Below are positions 19,639 through 28,420 of a stretch of 64,000 nt of DNA, in pieces. A model generated the notes under the pieces. That model saw only the letters and a program-made list of their open reading frames with translations, searched no databases and was not told where the DNA came from. This DNA comes from Chthonomonadales bacterium (GTDB taxonomy: Bacteria; Armatimonadota; Chthonomonadetes; Chthonomonadales; CAJBBX01), in the NCBI GenBank assembly GCA_049967475.1, contig JBMFSQ010000001.1, positions 22,600-86,599 of the forward strand. Reading direction: 5' to 3'. The translations under genes and the position numbers were made by a program. Each line of letters opens with the position of its first letter. The stretch's first letter is position 1.

Positions 19639-20603
19639 CACAAGAGGACGCTGCCGGTTCTGTGGGGGCCGGCGAAGACCAGGAGATTACAGCTCGCTTC
19701 TCGCGTGACGAGTTGGTTCGGGGATGGGCGGAGCGCGAAGCCATCCAGCCCCGCGTGGTGCCCATGGTGCGCATAGGCGCCAAGACAGACTTGGGTCGGG
19801 TTCGGGAGAACAACGAGGACAAGTTTGAGTTCTACGAGCCTGATGATGCCACGCTGCTGGCGACCCGGGGAAGTCTGTATGTGGTTGCGGATGGAATGGG
19901 TGGGGCGGCCGCCGGCCAGATTGCCAGCGAGTTAGCCATCAAGAACTTCCTCTCGGCGTACTACGACAATGCATCGGATGACATACCTACTGCCCTTCAG
20001 CAGGCGGTGGCCGTCGCCAACAGCTACGTGTACAACGTTGCCCGGGCAATCCAGGAACGGAGCGGCATGGGCACGACGATTACGGCACTCGTTCTCGCGC
20101 AGGATCGCGCCTACGTCGCCCAGGTTGGCGACAGCCGGGCCTATCTTATACGGGAAGGCCAGATACGCCAGGTGTCCCAGGATCATTCTTGGGTGGCGGA
20201 GCAGGTCCGTGTGGGCGGGCTTACCGCAGAGGAGGCCGAACTCTCACCCTACCGGAACATCATTACCCGCGCCATTGGAACCCAAGAGGCGGTGGAGCCG
20301 GATATCTATACGGAAGAGGTCCGTGTGGGGGACACGTGGGTGCTCTGCACGGACGGCCTCACCGGTCATGTGGAGGACGGCGAGATCCTTCGCGTAGTGA
20401 ATGGGCAGGCTCCTTCGGAGGCGGCAAGGCAGCTCGTGGAGCTGGCAAATGCACGGGGCGGGCGCGACAACATCACGGTGCTCATCGTGGCCGTCCGGGA
20501 GCTGCACCCAGTAGATGCCGAGAGTGTGGGAGAGGACCCGGCAGAAGAAGCAGGCAGTGAGCGCCCCAATCGCCGCGGGCTTCGAGGGTTCCTAGGCATC
20601 TGA
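19635..20603 (+). CDS. PP2C-family Ser/Thr phosphatase (Stp1/PrpC-like)
   Basis: RENNED, VADGMGG, GMGTT, VGDSR, DHS, CTDGL, GGRDNIT. Confidence 0.95.
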   Translation: MTQEDAAGSVGAGEDQEITARFSRDELVRGWAEREAIQPRVVPMVRIGAKTDLGRVRENNEDKFEFYEPDDATLLATRGSLYVVADGMGGAAAGQIASELAIKNFLSAYYDNASDDIPTALQQAVAVANSYVYNVARAIQERSGMGTTITALVLAQDRAYVAQVGDSRAYLIREGQIRQVSQDHSWVAEQVRVGGLTAEEAELSPYRNIITRAIGTQEAVEPDIYTEEVRVGDTWVLCTDGLTGHVEDGEILRVVNGQAPSEAARQLVELANARGGRDNITVLIVAVRELHPVDAESVGEDPAEEAGSERPNRRGLRGFLGI

Positions 20604-20682
20604 AGGCTTCGCCATGCGCTTGCTCTCCTCGTGGAGCTGAGTGAGGCGCTCATCGTTTTACATCGGAGGTTTGCCGGGCACC

Positions 20683-21333
20683 ATGGATGCTTCGACGCGG
20701 TCCGCACTGGGTCGCTTATTAGGGCGATGGCTGCGGCATCGGCCCGATGAAGCGACTCTGGAGCTAAGCCCGGACGGGTGGGCCATGCTGCCGGATGTGC
20801 GTTCGGCCTTGGAGCGGCGGGGATACATACTTTCCGACGCAGACTTGGAAGAGATCGTGCGCAACGATCCCAAGGACCGCTTCGAGCTGGAGAGTGGGCG
20901 GCGCATCCGGGCGCGATATGGGCATACGGTGTCTGTGGAAGCAGGGATGCACCCGGGCATGCCGCCTGCCCAGTTGTTTTGCGGTGTAGACGCTCGCCGC
21001 CTGCCGGGCGTATTACAGGTTGGCCTAAAGCCCGCCAAGCGGGCCTATTTACACCTTTCGACCACCCGAAAGGCGGCTGTAGAGGCTGCCAGCAGGCGCG
21101 GCCGCGTTCCTACTGTGCTGGCTGTTGCTGCCCATGCTGCTTGGGCGGCAGGGGTCCGTTTCTACCCTCGCGGCCGAGCGGTATGGCTCAGCGATCCGGT
21201 GCCTCCTGAGTTCCTTACGGTAATTGAGGACGCCGGCGGCGAAGGAGAGGATGGAACCCGAGCAAATCCGGGCCGGCCCCGTCGCCGAAGGCCGCACGGC
21301 GGTTTCCTCAAACGACACGGTCACCGCGAGTGA
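20683..21333 (+). CDS. kptA: RNA 2'-phosphotransferase (KptA/Tpt1 family), HGT motif altered
   Basis: LRH.P, DGW, K.RF, IRARYGHT, GL....R..LHLS, VWL...VPP; the expected LxHGT reads LFCGV. Confidence 0.87.
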   Translation: MDASTRSALGRLLGRWLRHRPDEATLELSPDGWAMLPDVRSALERRGYILSDADLEEIVRNDPKDRFELESGRRIRARYGHTVSVEAGMHPGMPPAQLFCGVDARRLPGVLQVGLKPAKRAYLHLSTTRKAAVEAASRRGRVPTVLAVAAHAAWAAGVRFYPRGRAVWLSDPVPPEFLTVIEDAGGEGEDGTRANPGRPRRRRPHGGFLKRHGHRE

Positions 21334-21378
21334 CCTTGATGGGGCCTGCTGTGTCAAATCCTGCGGGCCCGGCGCACC

Positions 21379-23226
21379 ATGATGGCTGCTGACCTCATCG
21401 CCAACCGGTACCGCATCGTGCGAGAAATCGCGCGTTCCAACGATGTGGTGTACGAAGCCCTAGACACGACGGTGGGCCGGCGGGTAGCAGTCAAGGAATT
21501 GCAGCTCCCGCCGAACCTCACGGGCCAAGAACGCCGCGATCGCATCGAGCGCTTCATCCGGGAGGCTCGAGCGGCTGGGAAACTCAGCCATCCCAACATC
21601 GTAACCGTATACGATTTCGGCGAAGAAGCCGGCCGCCACTATATCGTGATGGAATACCTGGAAGGCATCACTCTGCGGGATGCCCTCCAGACGAAGGGAG
21701 CGCTGCCCGTAAATGAAGCCATCGAGATCGCGTCCAAAGTCCTCGCGGGTCTTGCCCACGCTCACAGCCACCAAGTGGTGCATCGGGATGTAAAGCCCGA
21801 CAATATTCATTTGCTTCCCGATGGCGGAGTGAAGTTGGCTGATTTCGGCATCGCCCGCATCATGGAGGAGGCATCCCTTACCGGGGCGGGCCAGGTGTTT
21901 GGGACACCCAGCTACATGTCCCCGGAGCAAATCGAGGGGCGTGCGGTTGATCACCGCACAGATATCTTCTCCATGGGTGTGGTTCTCTACGAGATGTTGG
22001 CGGGTCGCAAGCCGTTCCAAGGCGATAATCTGGTGAGCATCACCTACGCCATCATGCACAATCAGCCGCTCCCGCTTACCGGTGTTCCACGCGCCGTCGA
22101 GGAAGTAGTTTTCCAGGCGCTCAACAAAAACCCGCTGTTGCGCTTCCAGAGCGCTGATGCGATGCGGTCGGCGCTCTTGGCTGCACAGCAGGTGCCGGAG
22201 GCTCCGTCGTGGGCGCCCGGACCGTCGCGTCTTGTGACGGGGCAGCCTTTTACTCCAGGTCCGCTTGTAGGAGGACCTCCGCCGTCCGGCTCAATCGTCG
22301 TTTCCGGAGCGCCCCCGGTAGCAGCGCCGCCCGGATCCGTTCCACCTGTCATTGGGGGGGTGCCGCCGATAGCCGGAGGGACCCTGCAGCAACCCATACC
22401 GCCCATGCAAGGACCCGTTTCTACGGCAGGTTCACCCGGCGGCGCGTTTGCGGGTCCCTTTGCAAATTGGGATCCGTCCTCGCCCGGCATCGGTTCCGTT
22501 CCGCCTCCAGTGAAAGCGCTCAACCGGAGATCCGCAGGGATGAGCCCGGGCGTGCGGGCATTCTTTGTGGTACTCGGCGTTACGGTGCTGATTTCCGGCG
22601 CCATTTTGGGGTTGGTGGTGCTCTTTCTGAGGGCTTATGAGGAGCAAGCCCAAAACGCACTCGTAGCCCGGGCATCGCAGCTCAACGAAGAGGGACGCAG
22701 ATTGTTCCAGGGCGGAGACTTGGAGGGCGCCGCCGGCAAGTTCGACGAGGCGAGGAAGGCTGCACCGGGTACGGATGCCTCGGCCATCGCAAGCCAAAAC
22801 CTCGTGCAAACATACAATCGGCTTGGCCTTCAGGCGTACCAGCGTGGAGACGCAATCGAGGCCGAGCGGTATTGGTCTCAGGCTCTGGAGGTGGATCCGA
22901 ATAATGAGGACGCTCAATACAACCTTCGCGTACTGCACGGGCGCTCGGGGTCGTATGTTCCGCCTGCGGGGTCTTCGAGCGGATTGAGGTTGCCTGATGC
23001 GGGTCGCGATAACAGGTCCGCGTCCACGTCCTTGGGTCCCCGGGAGCAGGAGGCTCGGGACTTTCTGAAGAGTGGGATAGAGGCCTACAGCCGTGGTGAC
23101 CGGGACACGGCCCGGGATTATTGGAGGCGGGCACTGGAGGCGGCGCCGGGAACGGATGCGGCCCTTCAGGCGCAACAATTGCTTGACCAAACGGCGAGTG
23201 CGCCCGATTTCGGCGCATCGAATTAG
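21379..23226 (+). CDS. Hanks-type receptor Ser/Thr kinase with TM helix and extracellular TPR repeats
   Basis: VAVK, RFIREA, HRDVKPDN, DFG, GTPSYMSPEQ; Pro-rich linker, TM, TPR-like helices. Confidence 0.95.
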   Translation: MMAADLIANRYRIVREIARSNDVVYEALDTTVGRRVAVKELQLPPNLTGQERRDRIERFIREARAAGKLSHPNIVTVYDFGEEAGRHYIVMEYLEGITLRDALQTKGALPVNEAIEIASKVLAGLAHAHSHQVVHRDVKPDNIHLLPDGGVKLADFGIARIMEEASLTGAGQVFGTPSYMSPEQIEGRAVDHRTDIFSMGVVLYEMLAGRKPFQGDNLVSITYAIMHNQPLPLTGVPRAVEEVVFQALNKNPLLRFQSADAMRSALLAAQQVPEAPSWAPGPSRLVTGQPFTPGPLVGGPPPSGSIVVSGAPPVAAPPGSVPPVIGGVPPIAGGTLQQPIPPMQGPVSTAGSPGGAFAGPFANWDPSSPGIGSVPPPVKALNRRSAGMSPGVRAFFVVLGVTVLISGAILGLVVLFLRAYEEQAQNALVARASQLNEEGRRLFQGGDLEGAAGKFDEARKAAPGTDASAIASQNLVQTYNRLGLQAYQRGDAIEAERYWSQALEVDPNNEDAQYNLRVLHGRSGSYVPPAGSSSGLRLPDAGRDNRSASTSLGPREQEARDFLKSGIEAYSRGDRDTARDYWRRALEAAPGTDAALQAQQLLDQTASAPDFGASN

Positions 23227-23289
23227 GTCACCCGCTATATCATCATAGGGGCATAGCAGGGCCACACTCGTCTGTGGCAGGAGGAAGCG

Positions 23290-23832
23290 ATGGCAATACG
23301 ATTGAGGGATGTACGGCCGATCTCCCTTGCCGAATTCCGGAAGCGCAGCCGGCCGGTGCGCAACGTGAACGAGGTACACAAGGAGACGCTCACGGTTCTG
23401 GAGCGCATGGCAGTGTTCATCACGGAGAAGGTTGGGACCATGGGCTTCTTCCTCATTATCTTCGCGTGGACGGTATTGTGGACCGGGTACAACATCGTTG
23501 CCACCGAGGTTCCCTCCCTCCATTGGAAGGCATTCGATCCTTTTCCCGCATTCGTGGCATACCTGCTCATCAGCAATGTGATCCAGATCCTGCTGATGCC
23601 TCTCATCATGGTGGGGCAGAACCTTCAAGGGCGTCACTCTGAACTCAGGGCTGAGAACGACTTTGCCGTGAATGTGAAAGCCGAGCAGGAGATCGAGCTG
23701 ATCCTTCACCATCTCGAATACCAGAACGGCATCCTGATCAATTTGGTGGAGAAGCTCGGCCTCGATCATCAAGAGATTGCAGGCCAGATTTCGGCGCGGC
23801 TGCACGACGCAGAGGCACCCGCCGCGAGCTGA
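23290..23832 (+). CDS. DUF1003 family membrane protein
   Basis: VG.MGF, FDPFP.F, PLIMVGQN, D..VN.KAE.EI pattern. Confidence 0.8.
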   Translation: MAIRLRDVRPISLAEFRKRSRPVRNVNEVHKETLTVLERMAVFITEKVGTMGFFLIIFAWTVLWTGYNIVATEVPSLHWKAFDPFPAFVAYLLISNVIQILLMPLIMVGQNLQGRHSELRAENDFAVNVKAEQEIELILHHLEYQNGILINLVEKLGLDHQEIAGQISARLHDAEAPAAS

Positions 23833-23841
23833 GCGACTACT

Positions 23842-24795
23842 CTAGAGCGGGGATGAGCGTGCAGGCGGCCGGGCAGGCGCCATGGGACCCATCGCGGAGG
23901 AGCGGCGGCTCATGAGCCAGAATCCGGTTGCAATGAGCGCAATGAAGACTGCTGCATAGGCCAAGGCGAAAGCCTCGCTTCTATTGTAATGGAAATGCCG
24001 CCAGTGGAGGGCGATCATCACCACGGCCATGGGAAGGAGCGCCGGCAGGGCCCATCCGGTGAGATGCACGAGCAGCATATAGGCGCAAAGCACCAGAATG
24101 AGGGCCTTGAGGGTGCGCGCGAAGGCATTTGGGGACGGCATGTAGCGGCAGACGGCAGCGGTGAAGAAAGCAATAAACAGGAAATCCGCAAATCCCACCA
24201 CCGAGATGGGCTGGATGGGAGCTGCTCCGGCGCTGGGAGCAGGCAGTTCCACCGTCATAGCCCGGGTGACCGCTTGGGCCACTCTATTGGGGCTCACCAT
24301 GATGCGGTGTACGGGCCCTCCCAACAACACGGTCCACACATCCACCAACGCAAGGACCGCCGCTACGGGCGGGATCATGTTGGCAGCGCGAATGAGGAGT
24401 GAAAGGGCGCTACCGAGGCTGGCAGCGAACCACACGAAGAGAAGGTCGGGGATGCCGGAATCCATCACGAGTGCTGCCGCTCGGGAGGAAGGATGCCCAG
24501 CCAGGAGAAGGCGCACTGGGATGGCAATCCCCGATGACATGAGGATGTGCATCACGAGCACGCGTCCTGATGGTATGGCGCGGGCGAACTGTGCCGTAAA
24601 GGTGATAATGATGGCAAGCGATGCCACCGTGGAAAGGAGAACGGCTCCTTCGCTGTCGGTATGGATGCGGCGCACCACTTGCCAGAACAGAGGATAGGCT
24701 GCCGCTGCCAAGATGGCAGGCCACCAGGAAGCGCGCTTGGCGTTGCCGACTGCTGCGCCCGGCTCATGCGTATGTGGAGCGGTAGATCGGCTCAT
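23842..24795 (-). CDS. Presenilin/signal-peptide-peptidase-like (A22) intramembrane aspartyl protease
   Basis: Multiple TM helices with LALVDVWTV..GGP, VGFADFLF and ALPAL motifs in presenilin order. Confidence 0.72.
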   Translation of the reverse strand: MSRSTAPHTHEPGAAVGNAKRASWWPAILAAAAYPLFWQVVRRIHTDSEGAVLLSTVASLAIIITFTAQFARAIPSGRVLVMHILMSSGIAIPVRLLLAGHPSSRAAALVMDSGIPDLLFVWFAASLGSALSLLIRAANMIPPVAAVLALVDVWTVLLGGPVHRIMVSPNRVAQAVTRAMTVELPAPSAGAAPIQPISVVGFADFLFIAFFTAAVCRYMPSPNAFARTLKALILVLCAYMLLVHLTGWALPALLPMAVVMIALHWRHFHYNRSEAFALAYAAVFIALIATGFWLMSRRSSAMGPMAPARPPARSSPL

Positions 24796-24932
24796 CGTGT
24801 ATGGATCCGTGCTTCAGTACGCATGGCGTTACAGTTCGGCCCCCAGCGCGCGGCCGGCCGGGCAGCATCAGCAGGGGCACGCTCACCCATTGGAAGTTCC
24901 GTTGCCCCAAGACCCCTTTGGATCTGCATGGA

Positions 24933-25787
24933 TCAGATGGCCTCCGGGCGGGCGGGACTGGCCCCGTGGTAATGTACGATGGGAACCTCTATTGGAACTA
25001 CGGCTTCGGCATCCTCACCGTAGGGGCCGCGTGCAAGGATGCAGCCATCGGGGCCTACTGCCAGTGAAGCGCCGATGCACTTTTTGCCCTTCCAGGGGCC
25101 GTCTGTGAGCCACCCCACGGAACTGACACCGATCACGGCAAGCTGGTGGCTTCGCGCAAGCTCCGAGTATGCGCGGATCCACAAGTCGCCATAGGGTTGG
25201 GCCGCATTGTCGTGATCGGCATCTACAGCCCAGGCGCAGGGCGATGCGAGGATCTGGCATCCCATTCTTCCCAGCGCATGGCCCAGTTCGAGGGTGTCGG
25301 GAGAGTTATCTGCGCAAATGGTGGAGCCCACGATCCCCAACGGAGTGTGCACGACGGCGAGGCGATCACCGGTGGCGTACAGGTGTCGAGCGATGTCCAG
25401 TTCATTGATCTTACGATGCTTTGCGAGGAGCATGCCCTGATCGTCGAGGATCACTGCGCTGTTGAAGGTTCGCTGCCCGTCTTTCTCGGTGAGGCCTGCC
25501 ACCACGGTGATACCAAATCGAGCTGCGGCTTCTGCCAGAGCATCACTTCTTGGACCCGGGATGGGTTGGGCATGTTCCATTGCCTTGGGGAAAGTCCATC
25601 CGAGGTCGAGGCACTCCGGCAGGATGACGATGCGGCACTCCAGTTGGGCTGCTTGGCGGATGGCGGCGATGGCGCGGGCCAGGTTCCGCTGCGGCTCGCC
25701 GAACTCCACGAGGATCTGGCCCATGGCTACCCGGATTGCCGTGTCGCTTCGTGCGTTCATGTTGGCGGTGGAGAAACCTTTTGACAT
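24933..25787 (-). CDS. Carbon-nitrogen hydrolase (nitrilase superfamily)
   Basis: E-K-C triad: ILPE, HRK, ICAD; start 25787 or 25760. Confidence 0.9.
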   Translation of the reverse strand: MSKGFSTANMNARSDTAIRVAMGQILVEFGEPQRNLARAIAAIRQAAQLECRIVILPECLDLGWTFPKAMEHAQPIPGPRSDALAEAAARFGITVVAGLTEKDGQRTFNSAVILDDQGMLLAKHRKINELDIARHLYATGDRLAVVHTPLGIVGSTICADNSPDTLELGHALGRMGCQILASPCAWAVDADHDNAAQPYGDLWIRAYSELARSHQLAVIGVSSVGWLTDGPWKGKKCIGASLAVGPDGCILARGPYGEDAEAVVPIEVPIVHYHGASPARPEAI

Positions 25788-25829
25788 GGCGGCGCGCGTA
25801 TTGTACAATAGCATGGCGCGTAGCGTCAA
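25781..25829. promoter_or_regulatory. Overlapping bidirectional sigma70 promoters sharing a palindromic -10 region
   Basis: Plus strand TTGACA(25781)-N17-TACAAT; minus strand TTGACG(25829)-N18-TACAAT; centred on palindrome TATTGTACAATA (25799-25810). Confidence 0.7.
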
Positions 25830-26020
25830 CTACGTGCGGCGTGTCACAGAGAGCGGGCGGGGTCAAAGGTGACGCCGTCGGCGATCCTCGCGGGGAACCA
25901 CCTCCTCAGCAGCATGGTGCTGCACGCTACTGTGGATCTTCAGACACACCGCCTGCACGGCGCACGATGGATCTGCCCGGCCCCGCCGCATCCCCAATCG
26001 TCAACCTCGCACAGGAGAGA

Positions 26021-26620
26021 GTGGAAGTGAACGACAGCCAAGGTTCCGGAAAGCTCCGCGTGGTCATCGCGGACGATGAACCCATTATTAGGCTCGACCT
26101 GAAGAAAGTACTGGAAGACATCGGTTACGAGGTCGTAGCCGAAGCCGGCGACGGCCTGAAGGCTGTAGAGGCCGCGCGCACCCTCAAGCCGGACATTGTG
26201 ATCCTGGATATCAAGATGCCTAACTTGGATGGGATAGACGCCGCCAAGATCATCACGGAGGAAAAGATCGCACCGGTTCTGCTGCTCACGGCTTACAGCC
26301 AGGCAGATTTGGTGACCCGGGCCAAGGAAGCAGGCGTCTTTTCGTACCTCGTGAAGCCCTTCAAGGAGGCGGACCTCATGCCGGCCGTGGAGATCGCCCT
26401 CTCCCGCTGGCAAGAGTTCTTGGAGCTGGAGAAGGAAGCACGGGACTTTGAGGACAAGCTCGAGACGCGTAAGGCGGTGGACCGGGCGAAGGGCATCCTC
26501 ATGGATCAGTACGGCCTCAAGGAGCAGGAAGCCTTCCGAAGGATCCAGGTCCAGAGCATGAACACGCGGAAGTCCATGCGAGAGATTGCCGAAGCCATTA
26601 TCATCGCCCACAACATCTAG
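26021..26620 (+). CDS. REC-ANTAR response regulator (PdtaR/AmiR-like)
   Basis: IADDE, LDIKMP, LLTA, KPF; ANTAR segment RKAVDRAKGILM...EQEAF..I...SM; AGGAG RBS. Confidence 0.93.
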   Translation: MEVNDSQGSGKLRVVIADDEPIIRLDLKKVLEDIGYEVVAEAGDGLKAVEAARTLKPDIVILDIKMPNLDGIDAAKIITEEKIAPVLLLTAYSQADLVTRAKEAGVFSYLVKPFKEADLMPAVEIALSRWQEFLELEKEARDFEDKLETRKAVDRAKGILMDQYGLKEQEAFRRIQVQSMNTRKSMREIAEAIIIAHNI

Positions 26621-28420
26621 GTGGATAGCGAGGCGCATAAAATGAGATCCCCGCTCCGTGCCAGGCGTCTTTTGGCTGCCCGCAGGCGCAGTGATGACCC
26701 GGACGTGGCCCTGCTTCAAGACGAGATCGAACGCCTGGAGCGGCAACTTCGGGACTTGCGGTTGGTCAACGAGTCCCTTCGTGATGAGTTGGAGGAGAAG
26801 GCTGCTGAAGCAGATGCCCTCCGGCGCGTGGGCGAGGCTACCGGATCTGCCTTCGATTTGGAAGAGATGTTGAAGGTAGCCGCGGATGTTGCCATCCAGG
26901 TGACAGGGACGGATTCTTGCCAGGTTTATCTTTACGACAAGGCCCGTGACGAACTCGTGCTGCGCGCTGCAGACGAAACCGCCAACAGCATGGTAGGCAA
27001 GATCCGGCTGAAGCTCGGGGAAGGTATCACGGGCTGGGTGGCAAGGGAGCGCAAACACGTGGCCGTCATCCGCAATGCCAAGATGGATCACCGGTTCAAG
27101 TACTTCCCCGAGATCCATGAGGAAGAGTACGAGAGTATGCTCTCGGTGCCGCTGGTCCACAAGAACGAGATTCTCGGCGTAATCAACGTGCGCACGCGCA
27201 AACCCCACGTGTACACGAAGACGCAGGTTCGGCTCCTCTCAGGTATCGCCAGCCAGGTTGCGGGCGCCATCGAGAAAACGCGGCGCGCACGGCAGCTCGA
27301 GAAGACTGCGGTGCAGCTTCACACCCTGTCTGAGGTGAGCCAGGCGATCGCTTCGAATTACTACATAGACGAACTCCTCCACTTGTTCGTGAAGATGACG
27401 GCCCGGACCATGAACTACAAGACGTGCACCGTATTGCTCGTGAACCACGAGAAGGGGGAACTGGTGCTCAAAGCCACGCAGAGCGACAGCCCAGAGTACA
27501 CCAAGAAGCCGCGGCCCAAGATCGGAGAGAGCATCGCAGGGCGCGCCGTTGCCGAGAAGCGCGTCATCACCGTGCCCGATGTGCGCAAACACCCCAACTA
27601 CCTTTTCCCGGAAATTGCCGCCAAGGCAGGGCTCTGCTCATTGGCCTCCGTGCCCCTCATGTTTCACGGCGAGGCCATCGGCGTTCTCAACTGCTACACC
27701 GACAAGGTCCACCAGTTCTCGAAGGAAGAGATTGCCATTCTCCAAGCATTAGGCACCCAGGCTGCCTTCGCCATAGAACACGCCAAACTCACGGTGAAAT
27801 CCGCCGTGATCCAAGAGATGCACCATCGCGTTAAGAACAATCTTCAGCAGATCGCCAGCCTGGTGCGCCTGCAGATGCACTTTACGAAATATACGACTAC
27901 GGAACAAGCTCTCACAGACACGCTCAACCGCATCCTTGCTATTGCCGCAGTGCATGAACTGCTCTCTCGGGACGATTTGGACACGGTGAGTATGAAGAAG
28001 GTGGCCGAGCAGATCCTCTCCGGTGCCAAACAGAGCGTCGTAGCGCCGGGCAAGGTCATTGCTACGTCCGTAGACGGCGCTGAGATCCGCCTATCCCTCA
28101 GCCATGCCACTACAGTGGCTTTGGTGATGAACGAACTGGTTCAGAATGCCGTGGAGCACGGCTTCCGCAATCTGGATGAGGGGAGCATCAGCATTCAGTT
28201 GGAGGATGGACCCTCGGAGGTGGCCATCCTTGTACGTAACGATGGCGAGCCCCTCCCGCCAGGTTTCGACCCGACACGGACCCAGAATTTGGGCCTGAGG
28301 ATCGTCACCGACCTGGTTCGCAGCGGTCTCGGCGGAAGTTTCACCATGGAGAACGTACAAGGCGGCATCCTTGCCTGCGTACGCTTTCCCAAGAACGGCA
28401 ACGGTCTCCTGCCCGCGTAA
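26621..28420 (+). CDS. GAF-GAF-HisKA_2 sensor histidine kinase (PdtaS-like)
   Basis: Two GAF domains; HHRVKNNLQ H-box; NELVQNAVEHG N-box; NDG; LGL. Confidence 0.92.
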   Translation: MDSEAHKMRSPLRARRLLAARRRSDDPDVALLQDEIERLERQLRDLRLVNESLRDELEEKAAEADALRRVGEATGSAFDLEEMLKVAADVAIQVTGTDSCQVYLYDKARDELVLRAADETANSMVGKIRLKLGEGITGWVARERKHVAVIRNAKMDHRFKYFPEIHEEEYESMLSVPLVHKNEILGVINVRTRKPHVYTKTQVRLLSGIASQVAGAIEKTRRARQLEKTAVQLHTLSEVSQAIASNYYIDELLHLFVKMTARTMNYKTCTVLLVNHEKGELVLKATQSDSPEYTKKPRPKIGESIAGRAVAEKRVITVPDVRKHPNYLFPEIAAKAGLCSLASVPLMFHGEAIGVLNCYTDKVHQFSKEEIAILQALGTQAAFAIEHAKLTVKSAVIQEMHHRVKNNLQQIASLVRLQMHFTKYTTTEQALTDTLNRILAIAAVHELLSRDDLDTVSMKKVAEQILSGAKQSVVAPGKVIATSVDGAEIRLSLSHATTVALVMNELVQNAVEHGFRNLDEGSISIQLEDGPSEVAILVRNDGEPLPPGFDPTRTQNLGLRIVTDLVRSGLGGSFTMENVQGGILACVRFPKNGNGLLPA

